Positions 25,001 to 38,000 of a stretch of 64,000 bases of DNA are shown here, in pieces; positions within the stretch are counted from its first letter, which is position 1; every line of letters starts with the position of its first letter. The stretch is from Anthoceros angustus. Lineage: Eukaryota; Plantae; Anthocerotophyta. The notes beneath the pieces are model-generated. The model worked only from the letters and a program-made list of their open reading frames with translations, searched no databases and had not been told where the DNA came from. The translations under genes and the position numbers were made by a program. The stretch covers positions 1,028,710-1,092,709 of the forward strand of contig MU008179.1 in the NCBI GenBank assembly GCA_010909165.1. The letters run 5' to 3'.

Positions 25001-26096
25001 TACTTGAGATTTCAGCCTCCCCATCAGGTGGAAGTCTTCCATGAAGATTCTTCCAAGGCACTTGAGTCGATAAGAGCAATCTCAGCGATTTCTTCCCACA
25101 AGAACTTTTGGAATCTTCCTCGACGATCTCTCTCGCACAACTGTGGTGACGACATGCATTTGGAGCAGTGTTGGCTTGGGATGCAGCACTTTCAACAAAT
25201 TGAGACAAGACATGCGATCTTCTAATTTCCGGCCCGGTGAGACACTCCCGATCAAGACTTACACATCAATTGGCGATCTCCAAGACCGCAGGACACCTCT
25301 ATCTCCAAGGGTGACTTCAACATCAACGCGAGGACCACTTCTACCACTGGAAATTGTGGTGGACTCTCCACAAATGTGGAATCCAGGAGGCGCAGAGATC
25401 ACCGGCACCGCCTGTGAGGTGCTTCTTCGAGGGCACGATCCTCCCCAGGCCGCTTCCTTGGAGAAGAATGCACCGCCGACCTGAAGGAGTTGTTTCTGCC
25501 GGCGGTATGCATGGCCGGACGGCCATCATATGGCCCGGCCGTGCTCATTTAATGGGTTTTTTAACTTTTACCTTTCTGGTTTAAGATTAACCTAGTTTAA
25601 GTTTTACTTTTATCTTTTTACCTTGTTTAGAAATTTACCATTTCCTAATTAAGTTTTTGGTAATTAATTTTGATTACATTAAATTCTGCTTAAATGTAAC
25701 TTAAGCCAGTTTTAATTGTTTTCTTAGTGGATAGCTTTCAAGTTAGTGGGAGCTAACTAGCCTTTTAGTCTCATTTTGAAGTGATTCTTCACACCTAGTT
25801 CATAGTGAGTGGGAGTGATGAAATATGACCTATTTAGGCACTCTTCACTAGGGCACCTAAGGCTATTAATTAATTTAGTTCTTAGGGCTTTAGGTAGTTT
25901 AATGAGTAGTTAGTTGTTACAACCACTTAGAGGTTAGAACTACTTATGGTTACAACCACCTTATGGTTATAACCACCTAGCCTATATAAAGGCTTTGTAC
26001 TTCTATTATTATCAATGCATACAACTCTTTTTGTGCAAAGCTTTCTACTATCTGCTTGCTATGTTTTGCTACCTAGAGCAGCTATGATTCTCATCA
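19074..26096 (+). mobile_element. Copia-1: full-length Ty1/Copia LTR retrotransposon, degenerate coding region
   Basis: LTRs 19074-19356 and 25816-26096 (TGATGA...TCATCA); TSD AGAAG on both sides; PBS TGGTATCAGAGC 19357-19368; PPT 25804-25815. Confidence 0.97.
20170..24230 (+). pseudogene. Copia-1 gag-PR-INT-RT-RH polyprotein, heavily frameshifted
   Basis: CNWCRIPNHMEKDC knuckle, WYLDSGATSHIC, LRSDNGGEF, KWVFKIK...RYKARLVARGF, SKKQPTIALS. Confidence 0.93.
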
Positions 26097-26675
26097 AGAA
26101 GTCTAAGGCAGGAGGATCGGACTCCGGAGGGTGGAAATTTGACATGCCGCAGTTCACATGCTATGCAGGCCAACTGTCCTCTAAGGACCTTTCGGACTTT
26201 CGACCTTGGGCAGCAAAAGAGAATATTCAGCTAGAGTGGGTGTATGGGCGACATTGGTCTTACACCAACCTTGAATTGATAGAGCAGTGTTTTGCTAATC
26301 TGCAACAGACGAAAGAGGAATTGGGTGCCTTACCAGATAGGAACGCATGGACGGATCCACGATGCTGGACCATAAGGAGCATACGACAGGTACTTCCTAC
26401 CCTTTCCTACCATGGTAGGAGTTTCTCCTACGGTGGTAGGACACCTCCTACCACTCATGTAGGTTATATTTTCTCCTCACCAGAAGGTTGTTTTGACTTG
26501 TTTCTTTTTCCCCGCATATCCTCTCTGCCTTCCCGACATGGTCCTACAACTCCCGCTCAAAAAGGAGCAAAAAATTTCCTTGCATGTCTTCACCAAACCA
26601 TTTCTAGCAAAAGAGTGTGGGTCTGTTTCAAAACGAACTCATTTAAGCTAGTTGCCCAAACTTTTGCATTCCACA

Positions 26676-29476
26676 AGCTTGTAGGATGGTTTCTTTCCGC
26701 ATCATAGCTCCTCCGAACTCGCCATCATCAAATTTTATTAGGAGATCCGCAAGATAAGATGTGCAGAGACACGCTCGCCCAAAAACCATTAGGCAATCCA
26801 GAGTTTGACAACAAACTACGATCCTCTCCTCGAATGGTTCTGCTCATCCGCCACACACCATTTTGTGGAGGAGTATACGGCGCAATAATTTCTTTTGATT
26901 CCTTGGAATCTGTAATGAGAAAGCTGAAACATACTTCCACCATTATCTCGCCCTTAGACACTTCAATCGGTGGCGATCGATTCATGACAAATTTCAAACA
27001 CCGCCGAACTTCATCCTTTTTCCTCAAAGGATAAACCCACACCTTGCGTGAGAAATCATCTATGAAAGTGACAAAATAGAGGCACCGCCTAATGATGCAG
27101 AGGCATAGGTCCACATACATCATGAACCAACTCAAGAGGTTTACTTACTTACTTGTTCGATGTGATGATTTTGTCTGCTTCCCATATAAACAAAGGCTCA
27201 CACATCGAGAGATCGAGAAGTTAAGAGTGGATATAACCGTAACGAGATAAAACCTTCATTCCCTTCTCGAGACATATGTCCTAACCGCAATGCCACAAGG
27301 AAACATTTGGCTGCTCACACACGATCACATGATCTTTGATGTTTACTCAAGTGAGTACAAAGTGCCACACTCGATCCACGAGCTAACACAAGAGAACCTT
27401 TGGAGATCTTCCAAGAGTGATCCCCAAACCAGTGGTAACCAAAGATCATCCAACCGCCCCGCGCTAATCATGCTCTTTGTCAACTTCGAACATGCCTAAC
27501 GCCCTTCAAAGATGAATGAAGATCCGTTGTCAAACTTGAGTTGCACATCACCCACGCGATCCGCATGCATAGTTATTTCCAAGCCTAACGATCCTTTCCT
27601 TGTAGCATCATACGTGCTAAACCACTCTATGAGGAGTAACATGGAAAGATGCACCAGTCAATTATCCAATTGCGTAATAAATGACTATCCACTACGTAAT
27701 TGTGCAAGATTCAAGTAAGAAGAGATAAGGACATCTCCGCCTCAACAGTAGTTTAACTCTTCCAACCTCGACATTCAAGTCGCCTTCTTCCGCTTCTCTT
27801 TTCCTTGGTCCTTTTGAACTTCTCGCACTCTTTTGAAGTGACCCTTTGTGACAATAGTGACACTCCACATTCTTGTTACGACTATTTGCTAGAGAAGCTT
27901 CTCGGCTGCTTCCTTCGCAGCGGACCTCCTCTCACTATGAGGGCACCGGAACCTTTTGAAGGTTCCATATTTTCCTGCTCACCTCCCCGCCGCTACCTTC
28001 TACATTTACAATGGTAAGACCACTAGCAAAGTGTAATTACTCGTGAAATTTAAAGGTGTCCCAACTCTCGTAATGTGACCAATAAACATAGCTCACTAAC
28101 TGGGAATGTGATACCTTGAGATGAGAGCTGAAAATGGTATTGAAATCATTCGATGATCGACATCCTCGCCCCTTCCTTCATCTTCAAGTCCACCACCGTT
28201 CAACCAATACAAGAAGCCGCACTTTGCTTCTCATGTCACATACCGCCACAATCAGAACTCGTGGTCTTATCTTTCACATTGAAGTACACTGCTTTTGACA
28301 ATGTTAGCATGATAGTAGATCTAGCAAGCTCATCCAGTCCCGCCACTCATCCCTGTCATACTATCCGGTTTGACGCCCAACAACTTTATGGGCTTGATCC
28401 GCTCGACTAGAACATTATACACTTGTTCTTTTAACGGGAAGTTAGTACCATCTAACTTCTCGATATTGAACATGACGCTCGATGATGAAGACATCATGAC
28501 TCAAAAATCGACATACAGATAAAACACTCGACTCGCCTTGTCGAAAAGTCACCGCGCCCGTGTATTTTGCCGTTGACTGCTCCACCGAGGCTAATATTTC
28601 GACTTTCGCACGCCTTGCTCGGTGACCAGCGATTATTTCGGCAGGGTTCTATACGCCTGCGCCTGCCACGGGCCTCGCCCACTGATCATCACACCAGCCT
28701 CATTGTAAGCTGGGCGCGGGCCAAAGTGAGCTGGGCCGACCACAATCATCATGCCACACGCTGGCCAAGTGGCCCAAGACGGCCATCAAGCTGCCCTGCT
28801 ACCAAGGGCCAGTGACGGCCTCGCTACATGCTCAAGGCTTCCGCCACCGCTGCTCAAGGGCCAAGATGGCCGCCGCACAAGGCCAAGACGGGCCTCACCG
28901 CCATTCGACCGCGCCTCACGGCTCATACACCCAGGCTGCACCTGATACGCTGCCGCCTGGCGGCCCGGCTACCATGGCCGGCGTTCAAGGTCGGCCAGGC
29001 TCACCACGGGCTGCCTGAGGCCCGCTACCGATTCCTCGCCAAGGCGCCACTACGGCCTCCTGCTGTCGGGCGAACGCTGCCTCGCCACGCTGAAGCCTTG
29101 CTCTTGGCTGGCCCGCCGCGGGGCGCTCGCAGCCCCGCCGCGATATGGATAATTGCACCTACGAGCTGCTGCCAGCTACCTAGAATTCTAGCATCACAAC
29201 ACAACCGTACTCAAAGCTCGATACTCTTGAAGGATCGTGACAAACCCATGATGGTGGAAAGAGGAGAGGAGAGGAGGAAGGCAAATGTATCCTCTATTGA
29301 GATGAGGCTCTGGGGTATTTATACTCTCCATAGGCTCCCTAGAAGGTCCACCACAAGAAGCCCTTGTGGAAACCGCGCAAGAAGCTTCCCAGTGATTAGC
29401 TTCACTAAACTAATGATACTTAATCGACACCTAACTTAGACTAAGCGTATTAGTCTAAGTACATTGGGCTTTAACA
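26676..29476 (-). mobile_element. Copia-2: 5' part of a minus-strand Ty1/Copia element, interrupted within integrase by element B
   Basis: YFVTFIDDFSRKVWVY, PYTPPQNGV, RLGHMS.KGMK. LTR ~29228-29476 (TGTTAA...TTCA, TATAAAT) with a degenerate Met-type PBS at ~29215-29227. Confidence 0.85.
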
Positions 29477-29629
29477 CACCGACAAGAGGTAAGTCCACGT
29501 CGCACCAACGCCGTGAGGAGGAGAGGGGTCCTGAGCATACAGCCATGGGAGGAGAAGTGTTCCGGGGCAAGATGAATCCGGTATGTAAGAAGGTCCGTGG
29601 GCGTAAGACGACTCAGAAATGCCCCACTT

Positions 29630-29810
29630 GATGTCCGGACCCAGAGGAATGGACCCGAGGGGTCTGACTCGGAAGTGAGGACGGACTCGTCCCGACCGGA
29701 GTGAGGACGACCCGAGGTCCGGACTCGGAAGTGAGGACGACCCGAGGTCCGGACCTGGAGGACGGACCCGAGGTCCCACTGAAGCGGACGGACCCCAAGG
29801 TCCGTGACTC
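29630..29810. repeat. ~30 bp tandem repeats (GGAAGTGAGGACGACCCGAGGTCCGGACTC) in an LTR-like GC-rich relic
   Basis: Direct repeats are visible and related to the units at 31085-31200. Confidence 0.75.
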
Positions 29811-30899
29811 AAGAGGGGAAGGAGTCCCGTGGCTCAAACCGGAGTGGGGGGGAAGGTGGATGAGGGCCGCCTCAACCCACCCAGAAGAACGGGCTCCTGG
29901 ACGGACCTTCCAAAGTAGGGACTCACCACCGCGCAATGGAAAGTGAGGAGGAAGACTTGTGGCCATCAGGTGGTCACTGCAGCCGGTCCCGCCTCCAATG
30001 GCTAAATCGACAGAGTCCGAGGCAGGAGAAGAGCTCTCCGGGTTCCGGGTCATGGATCATCCGATTGCGGCCAGACATGCCAAAGGGATTAGCCACGCCA
30101 AGAAGGAATCTTGTCAACGATGCCCCACCGCCGAGACGTGAGGTAGGAAACAATAGGGAAGAGAGAGGACATGTGCAGGGCACAGTGAATGGACATCAGC
30201 CCAGAATAAGGTATAATAAAGGCGCCCCTCAGATTTAGTATAAGAGGCGCCGCCACTCAAAGAAGCGATCTTCTTTGGGGCTGATACCGCTAGCTTTGTC
30301 GATCCTTGTCGTGTCCTTACAACGCGAGTCCCAAGTCACCGAAAGGGCAAGACTTCTCCAAGAGATCGACCAGTCATGGTGATGGACCCTAACGCGGTGG
30401 TGTGTGGCTGTGCATGCGCAGGACCTGAATTCGCTCCTTGGGCAGAGGTCCATCGGCCGACGGACCGGAGGCGCGTGTTAGACAGATTTAGAGGCGCAGG
30501 TAAAATCGGACGGAGAGATCTCGTGAATGAACGGAGCCCCTAGGTCCAGAGCCTGCAGCTGCCCCGACCGTGACCATCAACCTGTACCGCAGTAAGAACG
30601 CTAGGACAAAATGAGTAGGGAAGGGAGTAAGATGTGGACTAAGAGGTTACTTGACATAAATCCAGGTCCCAAACCGCTTCTGGCCACCAGCCCGAACTGA
30701 AAACCAATAGATAAATTAGAGGCGTAAAACACCGCAGATTGCCAATGTTTGTCCTGTGAGGCCATCGCCCCAACGACGGAGGGTGAATCGAGCCAATTTG
30801 ACGGCGAACCTAACGAAATTCCTTGGGAACGGACCCAGGCAAAACACCTGATTGCAGCGCGCGCCCCGCCGGCCACGCCGAAGACACACCGCCCTCAAT

Positions 30900-31218
30900 C
30901 GGAGGTCGACTAGAGTCTGCTCAATCTCCTGAGGTGGTCTCGCTTAGTCCGGCCCTCAACTTCGGAGGTCGGACGGTCTGCTCAACTCGAGGTGGTCTCC
31001 GGATGAATCCGTCTCAACTCCGAGTACGCCTGACCTCCGGGTCCATCCTCAACCAGGTGCTCAGCGCCAGGGTTGGGGACCTTCGGTTGAGGACCCAGGT
31101 CCGGAGTTGAGGACGGACCTGAGGTCCGGAGACCACCTCCTGAGTTGAGGACTGACCTGCAGGTCTGAGACCTCCTGAGCTGAGGACCTGACTGAGGCCC
31201 GGAGAGGCCGACCTCCGG
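30900..31218. repeat. Imperfect inverted repeat (~320 bp hairpin) built of CTCAACTC / GAGTTGAG units
   Basis: CTCAACTCGAGGTGGTCTCCGGA on the left arm pairs with TCCGGAGACCACCTCCTGAGTTGAG on the right; GGAGGTCG / CGACCTCC at the ends. Confidence 0.75.
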
Positions 31219-32312
31219 TCCTCCCCTTGGGGCTGACCTGATAAATTTCACCACGTGGTCCACTCGCCCCACCCCCTCTTCCGCCGGACCACTCCCTTCT
31301 GTGCCCCCCAACCCAGGTGCAGGGTGTGGAGAGCATACCTCTTGGTCCGATGGGGCTTGTCTACCCAAATGCCGCTTCTTCTTCCTCCGATGGTTCTCCG
31401 GCCGCCATTGCTCCCATCTCCAAACAGTATGCCTAGGCTCCCATTGCCGTGATTCCCCTAGCCTTATTCTCCTGCCTCCTCCGACTTTGCCCATCGCTTA
31501 GCGGGTTATCACGCTATGCCCTCTGTGTTCTTCGCTGGTAGTAGGCGGTTCCACCACCGATGGCCTCCACATGAGCCCGGAGGACCTAGTACCGCCGCCT
31601 ACTAAGTTCCCAGCTATCGTGTTTCCCGCTTGCCGAGCTGCCTCATCTCCCCAGCCTTCTAGCCGAGCCTTACAACATCCTGGGAGAGAAGGCTCCGCGA
31701 GTTCTCGAGTCACCGCCAGCTTCTCTCCTCATCTTTGCCTCCGGTCCCGAGACCCCTCCAGCTGGGGTTCCCTCAGACCTGATCTCCTTTCCGTCTCCTG
31801 CAAATGGACGCGTGGAACATGGACCGACGAGTTGGTCTCCCGAGTCTCTCTTCCCGAGCTCACAATGTCTAGCCGCTTGTACAAAGGAGTTTCTCCCAAG
31901 GCTGAGCTGAGTCGATCCACCCCTACTTAAGTCTTCGATCCGCTTTGGAGTGAGCCCATTCTCTCCACCAAATGGAGTTACGGCCCAAGGTCTCCTTCTC
32001 CGCCTCCACTGATGCCGCACTGATGCCTTGAGCTACGTCAAGATCCGCCAATCCTCCCTGACTGTTCTCGTGATCTCCACTCCATGGCAGGGCTGTTCCC
32101 ATGTCGCCTCGATCTCCCTTCGTGGGGGCGATCCTGGCCCCGCCTCCTTCAACGTCCGGTTGGGGTTGCCATCTCCTTCCAAATGATTCCTGTCCCTACG
32201 ATAGTGGTCTCATCTGTCCTTGATTGGCTCCACTGACCTAGTCCGACCCAAGTCTTGGGACTGAGGTCGCATTTGAGCCCCGAGTGAAGAAGGAGATATG
32301 TGCCGACAGCTC

Positions 32313-33210
32313 CCTAAGGTTTTAGAGGTTTTACATAGGTTATCATTTAGTGATAAATCATTAGTAGATAAGCTACATGTATATATATAAACAGACATAC
32401 CTGTTTATTAAGAGTTGTGCCCCTAGCCAAAAGGCACACCTCTAGGCAGTGTTTAAAGACTAACTTACCTTTTAGTTTTAATTAGTTCAATGTATATTTT
32501 CTTGATAGGAACAATCTTCTTTAATATATGTAATTGTTTTAGTGCAAGTGGTCTACATAACCCTTAAACAATTTCATGGTATCAGAGCTAGTTATGTAGA
32601 TTGCATCACTCAAGATGCACATAAATTTTGTGCATCGTAGAATGTACAAAATATTTATTCTAATGCATTTCTTGATTAGAAATTAAGTCTACATGCAAGA
32701 AAGTAAAATAGAATAAAGAAACTATTTTGTATATAGAAAATTGCTTAAATTCTGCAATCAGGACATTTATCCTAGTGCATCTACATTAGATTGTTTGTCT
32801 TAAAACAATTCTAATGAATATACACTAGGACAACTGCCTTGGCAGAAATTGTCAAAAAGAATTTAGAAAAGCAATATAAGACGATGTTTGCATTTTGAAA
32901 TACAATAGCCATATAATGGCCAACTCGGAGAATCAACTGTGGACACTTGCGTTCGTTGAAATAAGTGCGCAATTTCATAGGTAATTATGTCTGACATCGA
33001 CACCTGCTACCAATCAAATAATGAAGTGTTAGAAAGCTTGTATAACACTCATATTTTCCTATTCAAGTTGCTGAACTCGGTTGAAGAATTTACTAGATGA
33101 TTACGCAATGCACTTACTTGGTGATTGTATCAAAAACCCTAATTGTTCTGCAAATCACAAGTAACATGTAAATTCTTTCATATACAAACATTAAAGAATC
33201 AATTTTGAGA
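32313..33210 (+). mobile_element. Copia-3 fragment: truncated LTR, PBS and AT-rich leader
   Basis: ...ATTTCA followed by TGGTATCAGAGC at 32577-32588; abrupt AT-rich block inside GC-rich sequence. Confidence 0.65.
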
Positions 33211-33934
33211 AAGAATCAATCGATTCTCACATCCTCGGGCCTGGGGACAAAGTCAAGGAGGCCTTTGAGATATTCTCTTCCGAGCTCACAGGGCTTGAAG
33301 GTCAAGATGTCCAAGCTGGCCTCGTCTCCGCTGGGATCCCACTGCAGCTTCCTGGGAGATTGCTCCTCTGGTCTCATGGATTCTGGGGTCCCCTTGGTTC
33401 CCGACTTCATTGGGAGCTCGGACAAGGCCTGCAGAGGACCTTCCCATATTGGGACCTCCCTTGGAGGATGCCTGTGGCCTTTGGAATCCTTTCTTCGCTT
33501 TGCTAGCGCCTGGTACCTCATCCAGAGGCCGCCTCCGCCTCCGGCCCTGCCCGGGGTTTGATAAAGATTATGGATACTCTTGGGGACATCGCCTGGGGCT
33601 TTTGAGTGCCCTGGGCCCCTGCCGCCGGCAAGCATCCCCGCCTCGTGCAATTTGGAGGCTCATTCGAGGTCTCTTCCCATGGCTTTGGGAGTTGGGCCCT
33701 CGCCTCGCCTTGGCTTCCTGCTTCATCCTCCATGACAAGCCCTTTCTCGAGGATCTCGATCAAGTGTGGAGGAGGGAACCTTCTCTCCAATCGCCCTGAG
33801 GTGCCGTAGACATGTTATCGCAGATGCCCTAAGGACTTCCTCCTTTCTACATTTATCACCGATGGCTTTAGGGATTGCGTGCATCTCGCCGAGAAGCGCC
33901 AGCCACCGCCTCCAGACCCTCCATCTCTGTGTCC

Positions 33935-34735
33935 ACTAGAGCGCGGCCCGCTCTTGTTCGGAAGGGAGCAGTGCTTGGCTACCGCCCGCCCATGCATACG
34001 GGATTTCACATCGCACCAACCACCTTCACTATCGCGATGCGATTCCGTCTCCTACTCCACCAGGGCTTCTTCGCCTCACTTGTGAGTGCGGCTCGCCTTG
34101 ACGCTCTCGTGTCCACCTTTTGCTCGTTGTCCCCACGGGTCATCGATTGCCACCACGACGCCATCCGACGCTGGCGTTTGCCATTGCTCGCGAAAGTGGC
34201 TATATGGCCCGGAGGGAGCGGAGTATACTCTTCTTACTGTCGCTCAATCGTATGACTTATACCTTGTCCGGGCGATCAGGTTGTGGCGGATGTAGTGGTT
34301 ACATCGACCGACGTGACGCCACCTCCGCCGTGTCATCACCAACCCTGTGCCCAGCCGGGCCGCCTGCAGCTCTCAAGGTCCGCAAGTATAGCAGATGCAA
34401 GCGGCCACCTCTTTATCCCGCTGTTTAGAAACGTATGGGCAATGGCCGAGGACTTTGACAAATTCATCAAGTCTTGTGCCAAAGCTTACTATGCGCTGCA
34501 GTATAGTGTATCGTCCTCTCAGATTACAAAGATACTCCGGCCGGGGTTTCTATTGCTCTTCAACGGGCGCCTCAACGGCGATTCTCCATAAGGCGACGGT
34601 GGTGATGCCTTTTCCTCTTCCTCCTGTGGTTTGCGGTGCCGCTTATTCTACTCCGGTGATATGACATTGTGGTGGGTCATGGTCACTTTAGGTAGGGAGC
34701 TTTACAAGAACAAATTGCGCATATTTATTATTATT
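33935..34735 (+). mobile_element. 5'-truncated non-LTR retrotransposon with a CCHC knuckle and restriction-like endonuclease (CRE-like)
   Basis: Across frameshifts: AMRFRL, CG..LD, HHDAIR, AIARESGYMARRE, ADVVVTS, ALKVRKY, FIP..ETYGQW, RVSIALQRA; TATTATTATT tail near 34726. Confidence 0.65.
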
Positions 34736-35036
34736 TAATTCTTACCTCAATTGATTATGAATTGATGAAAACTTTCCACTTAATGAAAGTGAATAAATCT
34801 GCGCATACATTTACAAAATGTCAGGAGTATCAACATATAAGATTACATCCCAGTATGGGTACTTGTAATTCTCGATCATTGTAAACCTGTTGCATGGCAG
34901 CAGAGGATATCTCTCTATATTTAGAAGAAGAACAACATCGAGTCGTGACACAACGTAGTCTGCATTATTTTTTCTACAATACTCCAAACATAGGTAACAC
35001 AAACGTTGCCTAGTATTGCTACTGATACCTCCAGCT

Positions 35037-38000
35037 TGATAAAATAGCTTACTATTAGGGCACTCTTCACTAGGGCACCTAGGACTTAATAATTAATTTA
35101 GTCCTTAGGGCTCTAGGTAGTTTCTTTAGTAGTTATTTAATTGGTTAGTTGTTACAACCACTTATTGGTTACAACTACCTTGCCTACATAAAGGCATGTA
35201 CTTTCTATTATGAATGTAATGCAACACATATTGCTGAGCTTGTGTATGATTCTCATCATGGTATCGAGCACACTTGCTCTTTGTTTGCTTGTGCATCCTC
35301 ATGCATCTAAGTAGCTTATCTAGGAGACACTTTCTAATCTAGCATTTGCCTAGATGGATTGTGTTTATCCTAGAATTGCTATCTTTGCATGCATTCTTTT
35401 ATGCTAACATTTCTCTTCTAACAATGCTTTTATGCACTAATTCTTTGTCCTTCCTCCATGGATTTGTGTTCCCTTAGAAGGAGAAGGCATAGAGTTAAGA
35501 AGAGAAGTAGTCCTGCAAGACAACAAGAACAAATTAGGAACCCAACACATAGAAGCAATAGAAGACAACAAGCTATAGAGGGAGAGATAGAAGAAACCTC
35601 CTCTTGTATAGCAAACTTCATTGCATCTATTTTAATTTCCAAACCAGATCAAGGGAAGTTTATCAAGCTATCTATACGTGATTTGCTAGAAGTTTTAGTC
35701 CAATTCACGTCAAGGCATTAGAATTAGCTCCAACATATCCCAAATTTGAATCTGGTATTAGTACTCCTTTATCTTCTAGTCGCAAGACAAAATAGCATAG
35801 AAACTCTTAGATTTCAAGAAATTGATAGTCAATTAGCAACTCTTAGAATCCAATCCTTTGATCTTAAGGGAGAATTATCTGAATTAAGGACAAAATTGTC
35901 TATTCTCTCTAAGGTTGATAATGCGCAGAGAGAGCATGCTATCATCATCCGAATCGATTATGATGCAAGAGAAGAGTTTCGATGCAATAGAGAAGATGAG
36001 AGGTCTGCGAGGCCTAGTCCTCTAAATCACCTACAATGGCTGGAGTGATCAATAATGAAGAACAAACTGTTCCTAATTCCCCATTGGGTAATGATAATGC
36101 TAACACTTCATTGCATTATCATTATGGTGATTTCAAAGAGAAAGATAGATTCAATGGAAGGGATTATGACATCGGTCATTGAGAATGCGAGGAGCTTTGC
36201 GGCAAAGAGACCTTTGGGGCATCGTCGATGGATCAATTCCAAGGCCACACGCCCGATTTGAACGTGAACTTCAACCTTCCGGGACGCCTGGCGAAGGCAC
36301 AAGATTTATTGGTCGGTGGACTTTCTCAACATATGGTGAGACATGTCGCACAAAAGACCTCCAAGGATATGTGGACTCACCTTGCTCAATTATATTCATC
36401 TCGAGATGTAATGAGTATTGTTGCACGTAACTTCCGCAACCTCTCAATGAAGGAGTCCGACACCATCGAACATCATGTTAATGCATTTCGATTGGCACGA
36501 TCCCATTTGGAATCTTCAATGGCGTACCTATCTCGTAGATGGAGGCTTACGTCATTCTCTTATCTTCATTGCCACCTTCTTATAGGGCTTTCATTACAAC
36601 TCAAAATGCGATGCAATGTCGAAAAGCGCAGATGAAGATCCAAATGAAGAGAGACATCGGTGTTTCGAACTTATTGGAGCATTGCTACAGGAGGAGGCAA
36701 GCAGACGTCATCATCACTCCAGAGCCAACAAGCAGCAGGTGATGTATTCACAAAGGGGTAGAGGAAGAGGACGAGGCAGAGGCCGAGGTTCTACTTTCCA
36801 ACGACCCCCATATCCTGCACATACTTTCCAAGATGGAGAGGCATCTTCTTCAACACCTGCAAGAGGTAACAAGAAGACTGGGATTATATGTAATTGGTGC
36901 AGAATCCCAAATCACATGGAAAAGGATTGTCGAAGAAGAAGAATGGGAACCTAAAGGAGGCCCCACCGGAGCTAACATTGAAGAAACAATCTTCCTCAAC
37001 TCCAGGTGCTCGGTGCTTGGCTTCTTCCAAGCCCTCCAATACCTCATGGTACTTAGAGGGAGCTACTTCACATATTTGTTACAACAGAAACTCTTTTGAG
37101 TCTTACTCCACCAGGACATCATCATCTCCTCCGGAGATGATCACAACCTACCCATTGCGGTTGGGATTGTATTCAAGTGTGATTCGGTCGTTCTTCATCT
37201 TCATCAAGTCCTCCATGTTCCTTCAATGTGCAAGAATCTAGTATCACCGCAAGTCTTTGTCAAGAACACACTGCAGTGATCCTTTATGCGAATAGTTGTC
37301 TTCTCTCTTTCATAAGTGATAGAAACTATACAATGCAGGCACTTTAGATGATGGTCTCTATAGATTGTCGACAAGTGGGAGCCACCCATTACGCTAATGT
37401 TGCCATTCCAAACCCAACACCTACCCAAACCATGCTTTGGCATTGTCGCCTTGGTCATCCTAATAGTCAAAAATTAATCCAAATGTCTAAGGGAGCTTTA
37501 TATAGAACCCTTGCCTTGCAAAGGTTGAACACCTACCTTGGTGCGAATCTTGTGTCCTCACTAAACGACATCAAGAGCCTTTCAAAATAAATCTCCACAA
37601 AGGGCCAAGTCACCTTTAGAGATAGTGCACAGACATTTGTGGACCCTTGTCTACACCCTCCTTTAGTGGTAGTAGATATTTTTGACCTTCACAGATGATT
37701 TCTCTCTTTGTCTTTTCCTACATCGAAAAACAAGAGTGATGCCTTTCACTTCTTCAAGGACTACATGAAATGGTGAGAGACTTAGATCACAAACTCAAGA
37801 CCTTACGTTCCGACAATGGTGGAGAGTTTACATCTCGAATTTGAGGATTTTGTCGAGTGAAGGTATAGCTCAACAACTTACGATTGTCTACACTCCTCAA
37901 CAAAATGGGCCGAGAACAAGAATCTACGCCTCAAGAGATCACAGGTTGCTTATTGGTACAAGCTAAGTTATCTAAGGCTTATTGGGCGAGGCCCTCCTAA

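Larger units (their letters stand above)
18984..26392 (+). pseudogene. N-terminal half of the element B accessory gene (18984-19073 joined to 26102-26392), split by Copia-1
   Basis: Removing Copia-1 and one TSD copy gives in-frame ...ARAGKK|SKAGGSDSGGWKFDMPQFTCYAGQL...WVYGRHW...IRQV. Confidence 0.85.
16021..26675 (-). mobile_element. Element B: giant LTR (5' or solo) of a related family, disrupted by A, by Copia-1 and by an inversion
   Basis: Starts (minus) TGTGGAATGCAAAAGTTTGGGCAAC at 26675, homologous to the A and C LTR starts. Flank is Copia integrase with no PPT. Carries the same accessory gene. Confidence 0.8.

Noticed and set aside
26015-26707. 230 aa ORF with a hydrophobic, signal-like N-terminus
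   Set aside because: It is a chimera of Copia LTR sequence, the B gene fragment and inverted LTR sequence.
30765-30810. PBS of a Tat-like element
   Set aside because: Only a partial, interrupted match with no definable LTR pair.
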